Shown piece after piece: positions 9,351 through 16,803 of a stretch of 33,891 bases of DNA; position 1 is the stretch's first letter; every line of letters begins with the position of its first letter. A model generated the notes under the pieces. That model ran no database searches. It saw only the letters and a list, made by a program, of their open reading frames with translations, and had not been told where the DNA came from. Position numbers and translations under genes: made by a program. The stretch is from Planctomycetota bacterium (GTDB lineage Bacteria; Planctomycetota; UBA11346), in assembly GCA_947440715.1 (NCBI GenBank), contig CANETI010000001.1, positions 1-33,891 on the forward strand, written 5' to 3'.

Positions 9351-9557
9351 AGTCCGGAAGTCCGGAGGTCCGGAAGTCCGGAAGTCCCGCGCGATCTGGC
9401 GACAAATAATGCACGGGCGTTTACGATGTGGCTGCAGAAATGCTGTAGCCAGTATTGGCCCCAGCATTTTTGTAGCCGCACTTTAGTTATCCCTTGCAGG
9501 GAAAAATTATTGATTACGCCAGACTTCCGGACTTCCGGACTTCCGGACCTCCGGACT
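9351..9557. repeat. Inverted arrays of tandem octamers (GTCCGGAR x 4.5) flanking a 135-nt spacer
   Basis: Left arm 9351-9386 is AGTCCGGAAGTCCGGAGGTCCGGAAGTCCGGAAGTC. Right arm 9522-9557 is GACTTCCGGACTTCCGGACTTCCGGACCTCCGGACT. They are 34/36 complementary in register 0 and 28/28 when shifted by one unit. The structure lies between the histidine kinase stop (9567) and the trpC start (9303). Confidence 0.9.
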
Positions 9558-9566
9558 GGAGGAAGT

Positions 9567-11234
9567 TCACCCAGGCAACCGAACACGAGCAACAAATAGG
9601 CCGTCTGCACCGGTGAGTGTCAACTCAGCACCCAATAAGCGGCACAACCGTTGGCAGAGGGCTAATCCTAAACCACAGTGATCGTCACGACTACGGGCTT
9701 TGTCTCCGCGATAATAGGCCTGTCCGAGTTCTTTGGTGTCGATTTCGCCGGTGTAGGAATTGCTGACGGTTATTTGGCAGCCATCAACATCTTGGCTGAA
9801 TTTAATGGTGATGGTCCCAGGGGTACTGCCGTGTGCGACCGCGTTACTGAGTAAATTATCTAAGACCAAACCAAAATGATCTGGCGAAGTTGTACACGTG
9901 ACAGAGGCCGGAGATTCAACCGTAATGGTTTGTTGTCGCGCTAGGGCGCGTGGTTGCCAACGGTCCATGGCATCGTCGATAAAATCGCCGAGTTCTAATT
10001 CGCTCCGTTCTAATGGTTCTTTGCCGGCTTCCAATCGTGCGAGCAATAATAAATTACTGACTTGAGCCTGCATCCGTTCGACGGTGATTAAATATCCGCT
10101 AATCGCCAGACTTTCCTCTTTATTGGTGGCTTCCATCTGGCGAAATTCCAACGCGGTTCGCAGTGATGCGACCGGCGTGCGTAATTCATGAGCAATATTC
10201 GCGATGGTGGCTTGTTCGCGTTTAAATGCGAGTTCTAATGAATCAAAAAGACCATTGAGACATTCTACCACTCCGTGCAATTCCGTTGGACCGATATGTG
10301 GAGGTAAGCGTTTGGTTAAATCTTCAGGCCCCATGACTCTGATCGCGTTGGCTAATTCACGGGCAGGCCGCAAGACGGATGAGTGCAGCAGACGAATAGT
10401 GCCAAAGGCGAGTAAGGTAGCGCCGCACCACAGACCCGTCAAAACCCAGGCCATGCGCGCTAACTCATTGTCGATTTGCTCTAAGTCTAAACCGACATAA
10501 GCAATGACCCCAGGATCTTTCGGTTTAGATTTTTTCGGCTCTTTTTGGTTTTCATCGGATTTCTCACGGTCATTTATTTTATCACTTTTTTGGTCAACCT
10601 TTAGATCAATTTTTTTATCCGTCTCACTTAGATTTATAGACGGTTGCGGTGCAGGGCTGATATTTGGCTCAGCATTTTTATTCGACGTTGAGTTAGCGTC
10701 ATTGTTCGAGCGCGATGAATCCGATCGCTGATAATTTTGATCGCGATCTTTATTGCCGTCTTTGTCTTCGCGTTGAAGACGGATGGGTAGAACACGAAGG
10801 TATTGTCCATTATGAAGCACTTTCGTAATGGCTTGACCGCGCTTGTTTTCGTCATCAATGTTGCCAGTAAAAGCCACGGTTAAATCATCTTCGGGCGCTA
10901 ACGAAGATGAACGATGTAATTCGCTGCCATCACCGGCACTGACCACGACCAACACCATACGACGTTGTTCATTGGGACCACCGCGTTCGATGCGCCGTCG
11001 TGCTTCTGCCGAGGACCAAGAATTTCGCCAAAACTCTACTGAGGCCATGGGTTCGAAGTGACGTAACCGTTCAGCGCGGCTAATTAATTCACGATCAACC
11101 TCACCCATTAAGACGGACTTGGTGATGAGCCAAACCGCCAAGGCCGCAATTAATACCACCGCAGAAGTTACGCCAATAACGGCCACACTGACTCGTCGAT
11201 TTAAACTCGCCGCAGAATGGCGTGTCGCGGTCAC
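9567..11234 (-). CDS. Sensor histidine kinase (HAMP/HisKA/HATPase) with a low-complexity insertion in the sensor domain
   Basis: 555 aa with two hydrophobic segments, H-box IANIAHELRTPVASL, N-box LLSNAVAHG and G-box CGLGLALC. The start overlaps the response regulator stop (11231-11234). Confidence 0.9.
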   Translation of the reverse strand: MTATRHSAASLNRRVSVAVIGVTSAVVLIAALAVWLITKSVLMGEVDRELISRAERLRHFEPMASVEFWRNSWSSAEARRRIERGGPNEQRRMVLVVVSAGDGSELHRSSSLAPEDDLTVAFTGNIDDENKRGQAITKVLHNGQYLRVLPIRLQREDKDGNKDRDQNYQRSDSSRSNNDANSTSNKNAEPNISPAPQPSINLSETDKKIDLKVDQKSDKINDREKSDENQKEPKKSKPKDPGVIAYVGLDLEQIDNELARMAWVLTGLWCGATLLAFGTIRLLHSSVLRPARELANAIRVMGPEDLTKRLPPHIGPTELHGVVECLNGLFDSLELAFKREQATIANIAHELRTPVASLRTALEFRQMEATNKEESLAISGYLITVERMQAQVSNLLLLARLEAGKEPLERSELELGDFIDDAMDRWQPRALARQQTITVESPASVTCTTSPDHFGLVLDNLLSNAVAHGSTPGTITIKFSQDVDGCQITVSNSYTGEIDTKELGQAYYRGDKARSRDDHCGLGLALCQRLCRLLGAELTLTGADGLFVARVRLPG

Positions 11235-11905
11235 GGTAAACCACCTAATTCATAACCAAATCCACGCCGCGTATGTAAAACGGGCTGCGCACCCGGAGGG
11301 TGCAATTTACGGCGTAGGCGCATAACTAATACTTCAATCGCATTTTGTCCGGTATCATCTTCATTGTCGTACAATTGTTTTGCTAATTCGGAACGACTGA
11401 CGACTTCACCGGGACGGGCGAGTAAATAATCAATGAGCGCATATTCTTTCGGCGTGATATGTATGCGGCGACCGCCACGGCGAGCACTATGCGATACCGT
11501 ATCAATTTCGAGGTCACCAATTAACACGATGGGATCAGCTCGGTGATGACCACGGCGCAACAACATGCGCAAACGCGCTAATAATTCAGCGACGGCAAAG
11601 GGTTTGGTTAAATAATCATCAGCGCCGGCATCAATGCCTTCAACGCGATCGGGAATCGCGTCGCGCGCCGTTAACATTAAGACCGGGACTGAGGAACCAG
11701 AGGTGCGCAAACGCCGCAGAATTTCAAGCCCATCCATCCCTGGCATCATGCGATCAAGAATAATAAGATCGTGTTCGGCTTCTCCGGCCATGCGCCACCC
11801 TTCGGTGCCGTCGGCGGCCGTATCGACTTCATAGTCCTGTGCGCGCAAACCTGCGGCTAAGGTTTCACGTAAACGATCATTATCTTCAATCAACAACAGT
11901 CGCAT
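11231..11905 (-). CDS. OmpR/PhoB-family response regulator
   Basis: 224 aa with a receiver domain (LLIEDN, LIILDRMMPGMDG, LTKPF) and a C-terminal winged-helix domain (LHTRRGFGY). Confidence 0.95.
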   Translation of the reverse strand: MRLLLIEDNDRLRETLAAGLRAQDYEVDTAADGTEGWRMAGEAEHDLIILDRMMPGMDGLEILRRLRTSGSSVPVLMLTARDAIPDRVEGIDAGADDYLTKPFAVAELLARLRMLLRRGHHRADPIVLIGDLEIDTVSHSARRGGRRIHITPKEYALIDYLLARPGEVVSRSELAKQLYDNEDDTGQNAIEVLVMRLRRKLHPPGAQPVLHTRRGFGYELGGLP

Positions 11906-11907
11906 GA

Positions 11908-12372
11908 TTAACCACCACCCGCAGAGGCGGCTGCAGCACTTAATTCATCGATCGGTACGTTGACCACGCGTAAGGCAGGCAATCCAATGACGCGCACGGG
12001 TGGACGCACCACGCACCATAAACGATCAGGATTACGAATACGATCATCTGCCGCCATCACGCGCCAGCCATCGCGTAAAACGCCAATGCCAGCAGGATGA
12101 TAAACATAGGCTTTTGCGCCATAGGGCCCCGCCGTGCTGAGACCAGAGCGATCAAGAATTTTTAAATCGTTGGGCATTCTCCCCATGGACGTCTGATAGG
12201 CCAATAAATCCTCTGCCATAGACAATAAATCATTGGGAGCGTCGGTTTCTGGCCACGGCGGTATTTGCACATCTTTTTTGGTCGAGCGTTGATCGCCGCA
12301 GCTTAAGAATGATAGGCATATAATACCGGTTAAACCGAGCATCATCAGTGATGGCATACGCGTGGAAATCAT
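11908..12372 (-). CDS. Small secreted protein or lipoprotein of unknown function (candidate secretin pilotin)
   Basis: 154 aa. The N-terminal hydrophobic signal ends in LSFLSCG (atypical lipobox). The ATG overlaps the gspD stop (ATGA at 12369-12372), and its stop lies 2 nt before the response regulator ATG. Confidence 0.6.
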   Translation of the reverse strand: MISTRMPSLMMLGLTGIICLSFLSCGDQRSTKKDVQIPPWPETDAPNDLLSMAEDLLAYQTSMGRMPNDLKILDRSGLSTAGPYGAKAYVYHPAGIGVLRDGWRVMAADDRIRNPDRLWCVVRPPVRVIGLPALRVVNVPIDELSAAAASAGGG

Positions 12373-14498
12373 GGTTTATCCTTTGCCGCAGGTTCTGCTG
12401 CGGGTAGGGCCGGTGTTTCTGGTGTAACTGGCTGGCCAACATTGGTCGTCGTCAATTGGGTGAGGTGACGCTGTAATAAACCCTTTTGAACAGCGGCATC
12501 TAAACGTTGCATCTCACCGCGTAATTGCCGACTCAAGTCAGATAATTCGTCCGGATTGCGCACGACTTGTGGCGTGAGAAAAACTAACAATTCGGTTTGC
12601 GCTTTGGTTGATTCAGTGCGGCGAAATAAAGCGCCCAATAACGGAATATCGCCCAGTAGTGGTACTTTAGAAACGGTTTCACTGAGTCGATCGGTGACTA
12701 AACCACCAATGACTGCTGTTTGTCCATGTTCTACGACTACCCGCGTGGTCATGGTGCGCTTATTAATGATGGGAGATTCAACGCCAGGGGCGACGGATAT
12801 GCCGACTTCAGAAAGTGCCGACAGTTCTTGGGTCACATCTAAAACGACCAAGCCTTGAGAATTAATTTGCGGGGTGACGGTTAGAATAATACCAACATCA
12901 CGTCGGTCGAACGTGCTGGTAACATTATTGTTTTGGTCAGTTCGCGAGCCGTTGATAACGGGCACTTCTTGACTGACATTCACCGTGGCTTCGCGATTAT
13001 CCGTCGTGAGAATATAGGGACGTGATAAGACGTCAAAGTTGGAATTGGTGGCTAAGGCTTTAATCGATGCGCGAAAATCTGTGTTTTCGATTAAAAAGCC
13101 ATTCATACCTAAGGCGGGATCAAACAAGTTGAAATTTGAAAACACATTACTTTGTGAGGCGCTATTTTTTGGTCCGCCAAATAATTCTACGCCAATATCG
13201 ACTCCTTTTTCAATCGTTACTTCAGCAACCAGTACGCGTACTAATACTTGACGCATGGGTTGATCTAGATCTTCCAATAAAGCACGGATGCGGGCAAAAT
13301 TGCGCTCGGGTGATAACACCATCACCGAATTACTGGTGGAATCGGCAACCACACGTACTTGGCCGGAAAGGTCTAAGGCAGAGTCGCCTCCTGCTGCGGG
13401 AGCGGTTCGTGAAGGAGTAACAGCATTGCTGCTATTGGTGCTGAAGCCGCTACTGCTGGTTGGTTGTGGTGTCGTTGTTGCTGCACGCGTTTGTCCCGCA
13501 GTGCGAATTCCATTGGTCGTATTCGTTCCGCTTTGAATGCCGGTGAATAATTCATTCATCGAAACCGCTAAATCAGCAGCTTTTCCGTTTTTTACATGAT
13601 AGAGCAACACGCCATCGCGGGCTGAATTATCAACATCAAGTTTAGATACCACTTCGCTCAGCATGACGAGCGCTTCAGGTGACGCGCGAATAACTAAACT
13701 GTTGGTGCCACTGTCTGCGGCGGCAACAATTTCAATTTCGCGGGCTTGGGTTGATGAGGCTTTGTCGCGGTTGCTACTCGATGAATATTGCGACTGAGAT
13801 CTATTTTGTTGTTTGCCATAGACCGTATTAATAATTTGGGCGACTTTTTCTGCATCTGCATGAGAAAGCTGGAATACGCGCACCGAATGTACGCCGCCAA
13901 CTGCGCGGTCGATAGCTTGAAGAATAGCGGCAATTCGTTTTATGTGCGATTGGGTGTCGGTTAAAATTAAGACGTTGCTGCTTTCGTTCGCAGCAAGCGT
14001 GGCCGAAGTAGCATTTAACAAAGGCAGTAAATTTTCAGCTAAATCTTTTACCGTAGCAAATTGCACCGGCATGACCTGGGTTACCATTTGGTCTGTATCG
14101 GGAATGGCACTGGGATCGGTACCAAAAAAGACGGGCAAATTATGTTCGCGGGCGCTTGGAAGTGGAACCACATGTAGCGTTCTTTCGCGTACAATGGCGG
14201 CGAAACCCTGAGTTATTAAAACGCTGTTGAGCACCTCAATTGCTTCTTTAGGACTTACTGGTTGTTTGGCGACTAAGGTAATGGGTGCGGGTAAGTCCAC
14301 CGGATTAGCAATAATATAACCAGCTTTTTCCGATAAATAATCCAATACCTGGCGTAAAGTCGCACCACGGAACTCCAACACGAAAGTGGCTTCAATCGGA
14401 TTAACGATCGGCTGTGGCGGCGGAACCGGATCAACGCCAAGCAGCGGTAATCCGCACGCGAGACAGAGAAGAGCAGAAGAGAGTGAAGAAACCTTCAT
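12369..14498 (-). CDS. gspD: Type II secretion system secretin
   Basis: 709 aa with a signal peptide, N-domain repeats and the C-terminal secretin domain (VSKVPLLGDIPLLGALFR, ELLVFLTPQVV). Confidence 0.9.
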   Translation of the reverse strand: MKVSSLSSALLCLACGLPLLGVDPVPPPQPIVNPIEATFVLEFRGATLRQVLDYLSEKAGYIIANPVDLPAPITLVAKQPVSPKEAIEVLNSVLITQGFAAIVRERTLHVVPLPSAREHNLPVFFGTDPSAIPDTDQMVTQVMPVQFATVKDLAENLLPLLNATSATLAANESSNVLILTDTQSHIKRIAAILQAIDRAVGGVHSVRVFQLSHADAEKVAQIINTVYGKQQNRSQSQYSSSSNRDKASSTQAREIEIVAAADSGTNSLVIRASPEALVMLSEVVSKLDVDNSARDGVLLYHVKNGKAADLAVSMNELFTGIQSGTNTTNGIRTAGQTRAATTTPQPTSSSGFSTNSSNAVTPSRTAPAAGGDSALDLSGQVRVVADSTSNSVMVLSPERNFARIRALLEDLDQPMRQVLVRVLVAEVTIEKGVDIGVELFGGPKNSASQSNVFSNFNLFDPALGMNGFLIENTDFRASIKALATNSNFDVLSRPYILTTDNREATVNVSQEVPVINGSRTDQNNNVTSTFDRRDVGIILTVTPQINSQGLVVLDVTQELSALSEVGISVAPGVESPIINKRTMTTRVVVEHGQTAVIGGLVTDRLSETVSKVPLLGDIPLLGALFRRTESTKAQTELLVFLTPQVVRNPDELSDLSRQLRGEMQRLDAAVQKGLLQRHLTQLTTTNVGQPVTPETPALPAAEPAAKDKP

Positions 14499-14511
14499 AT
14501 GATAGTCCTAA

Positions 14512-15645
14512 TTATTTCTTTTCGCGTTGTTGGCGCAAACGTTCCAGAATGGCTTCGTGGGCGGGATCCGAATTCGGAGCGGGCACTTTGAACGGTGTGG
14601 CGTTTATTTTTGCAGGGTCGGATTTGGGATCATTGCTTTTATCATTACTTTTGTCGTCCGAAGCGGATTTTGCAGAAGAGCGAGTGCTTGTCTTAGTGGG
14701 GGCAACCGTTGTAAAACGGTTTCCGATGGCTTCGCCAAGTAAGGTGTTGCCCACCACAATGTGGCGTTCGCCGGTACTGTCGGTGACCATCATGCCACTG
14801 GCATTAATCGCCGTCACGGTCAACGCGTCGATCGTTTCGCCAACCGCTATCTGACGTTCTTCGGCGCGACTTAAATGGCGAATAAAACCAACTGACTGTC
14901 TATTGGTGGTGACAATGCCGACTAAAGCCCAACCAGGATCAATAACTTTGGGCGGTGGCGGGGCGAGTTCTTCTTTTTTAGTTATGGTTTCCGGACGTGG
15001 TGGTCGGCGATCGGCTAAAAATGGTTTGGCTGCAATAGTTTCCGTATCAAAGGTGGATTCACGCTGGTGTGGTTTCCAGGCCGTGGTTCCGTCAGGCACG
15101 GAACGTCCAGGCCGTGCGTTCTCTGCTACCATGCGCGTCGATATAGTGAGCGACACGTCTAAATGATTTTTTCGTGCGTCGCTTGAGGACCATTCACTGC
15201 GCTCAATAGCCAATGGCATGTCGGCTTGTTCTAACTGTGCAAGGAAAGCGGTAACTTGTTCGTGTGAACCACGACCACTGACGCCCAGGCGCAAGATATC
15301 ATAAATCTGATCATTCGTCGCCGGAATAACCTGCCCGCCACTTACGCTGTCGATAATAAAACCACTGGCACTTGCTTCATTTGCTAAGGTGCGCTGCAGA
15401 CGGAAGCGCGCCTGATCACCATTATCAAGTAAACCAGCCGCGTGTTGTGTGCGCCATGCGGTCATTATTTGTGACTGTCTATCAATTAAAACGTTCGCTT
15501 CACCGACTTTGCGTTGTGCATCGCGGGTATGTTTTTCAACGGCAGCGAACCACAGCATGGTTGGTTGCACGACCATGCTGTCGAGTAACCACCCGCCGAC
15601 TAAGAGAGCAATGGTGCCCGTTAAGAGACGTTCACGCTTCTGCAT
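14512..15645 (-). CDS. T2SS inner-membrane assembly protein: GspM-like N-terminal half with a C-terminal extension (GspC/PilP-like?)
   Basis: The track ORF was trimmed to the internal Met (MQKRERLLTGTIALLVGGWLL). This Met has a GGAGG 5 nt upstream and overlaps the upstream gene end by 14 nt. The protein has a single N-terminal TM segment, and its position between the GspL-like gene and gspD fits an assembly role. The family call is weak. Confidence 0.55.
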   Translation of the reverse strand: MQKRERLLTGTIALLVGGWLLDSMVVQPTMLWFAAVEKHTRDAQRKVGEANVLIDRQSQIMTAWRTQHAAGLLDNGDQARFRLQRTLANEASASGFIIDSVSGGQVIPATNDQIYDILRLGVSGRGSHEQVTAFLAQLEQADMPLAIERSEWSSSDARKNHLDVSLTISTRMVAENARPGRSVPDGTTAWKPHQRESTFDTETIAAKPFLADRRPPRPETITKKEELAPPPPKVIDPGWALVGIVTTNRQSVGFIRHLSRAEERQIAVGETIDALTVTAINASGMMVTDSTGERHIVVGNTLLGEAIGNRFTTVAPTKTSTRSSAKSASDDKSNDKSNDPKSDPAKINATPFKVPAPNSDPAHEAILERLRQQREKK

Positions 15646-16801
15646 GACGACCTCCAGCCGCAGCCGTTGCCGGTTTTGGTGCGCTTGGACGTGTGGTTGA
15701 TGGGGTGCCAGCTGGTGCAGGCGTGGCGTCTTGCAGACGCAATAATAATTCAAAGACCACGGTTTTTGCTTCTTTACTGGGACTGCGCGAGCTGCGCACT
15801 TCGGCAAAAGCAACCCGCGGATCGGCGCGTAGGCGTTCTAAATAGGTCAGCATGCCCGCGCGATCATTAGCGGAAGCTTCGACGATGGTGTCTTCACCCA
15901 AACTTTGACGCACACGTACTAAACGAATTTGTTCTTTAGCATCTCCGGGTGGCAAAGCCTTGGACAGTGCATGTATGCCTGGCGCTAACGAGTCGCGTTT
16001 ATCCAGCCACGGGCCAATTTCTTTCATATCACTGCGACGGGTGGTTAATGCTTCTGCTAGGGGACGTAAACGTTCTGCTTCGGCTAAGGCGGCATCACGT
16101 TCACTGACGGCATCATGGACACTGAAGGCAATGGCTGCGGCAATGACAACGATGACGCCAGCGGCTAACATGGCGAGCCGCACGCCAGGTCGGGTTAATA
16201 AAGCTTGGGCTGCGGCGACACTGGGGCGCAAGAAATCAATCGCCATCCCAGGCGCGGGTCCTCCGGCTGATTTTTCACTCATGCCTAAACGCATGCGTTC
16301 ACGAATGAGGCTCGCCGCAAATCCAGGTGCCTGGGTCGGCCCTAAGGCGGCTATGCCGGTGACTTGTCCGCGATCGAGCGAAATAAGACACGCATCTCCA
16401 TTAATTAGAACCTGTCCGCCTTCTGGAGTTGGCACCGCTAATTCAGCGACATGGATTGAATCAACGGTGTGACCTTGGGCGGCGGCTGCTTTACGAATGG
16501 CTTCCAGGGTATTTTTTGGCAGTGCCATTAATAGCACTTGGCAGCGGCCATCACGTGCTGGTGGTAATAACGCATCAATGGCGACTGGTCCCAATGGCGA
16601 AAATGCGCGATCAGCGCGCAGTCGTGCCGCGGCTTTTAAAGCGGGCTCAGCCGCAGGTGGTAATATTTCCATGCGAAACGACACGTAGCGTGCCGGTACC
16701 GCAACAGCGACGGCTTTACTGGTGGTGGTGCCGCGTAACGCGGAACCATCCCACAATAATGCGGTTGCCATATCCGGGCGTAAAAAACGGGTCGTGCGCA
16801 T
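15632..16801 (-). CDS. T2SS GspL-like (PilM/PilN-like) bitopic assembly protein
   Basis: The track ORF was trimmed to MRTTRFLRPD, which starts 2 nt after the gspK stop. It has a cytoplasmic domain of about 230 aa, one TM segment (LAMLAAGVIVVIAAAIAF) and a periplasmic C-terminal domain, and it sits in the canonical gspL position. The sequence-family call is weak. Confidence 0.55.
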   Translation of the reverse strand: MRTTRFLRPDMATALLWDGSALRGTTTSKAVAVAVPARYVSFRMEILPPAAEPALKAAARLRADRAFSPLGPVAIDALLPPARDGRCQVLLMALPKNTLEAIRKAAAAQGHTVDSIHVAELAVPTPEGGQVLINGDACLISLDRGQVTGIAALGPTQAPGFAASLIRERMRLGMSEKSAGGPAPGMAIDFLRPSVAAAQALLTRPGVRLAMLAAGVIVVIAAAIAFSVHDAVSERDAALAEAERLRPLAEALTTRRSDMKEIGPWLDKRDSLAPGIHALSKALPPGDAKEQIRLVRVRQSLGEDTIVEASANDRAGMLTYLERLRADPRVAFAEVRSSRSPSKEAKTVVFELLLRLQDATPAPAGTPSTTRPSAPKPATAAAGGRHAEA

Positions 16802-16803
16802 AA

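Noticed and set aside
9351-9557. CRISPR array or MITE interpretation of the octamer arrays
   Set aside because: The units are contiguous 8-mers with no spacers, so this is not CRISPR. For a MITE I found no target-site duplication (flanks TAAG and GGAG). The internal sequence is not shared with the second locus (20286-20344), where the interior holds a genuine start codon. MITE origin is not fully excluded.
9277-9610. Track ORFs 9277-9486 (+) and 9290-9610 (-) encoding SGSPEVRKSG / GGPEVRKS-type peptides
   Set aside because: They are translations of the tandem octamer arrays and the spacer between them. The repetitive peptide is a by-product of the 8-nt periodicity. There is no start context, and they sit in an intergenic gap between the kinase and trpC.
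13374-13823. Ser/Thr/Asn-rich low-complexity stretches inside GspD (about residues 229-251 and 321-372)
   Set aside because: They sit in the N-terminal periplasmic region of GspD and look like flexible inter-domain linkers. There is nothing to suggest a separate feature or frameshift.
15646-15813. Upstream extensions of the GspM-like (15646-15813), GspL-like (16802-16882) and GspJ-like (18813-18989, including a poly-Arg run) track ORFs
   Set aside because: Each extension lies inside the preceding gene in another frame. The internal starts give stop-start overlaps or 2-nt gaps. For the GspM-like gene there is a GGAGG SD, and for GspJ the internal start gives a proper prepilin motif near the N-terminus.
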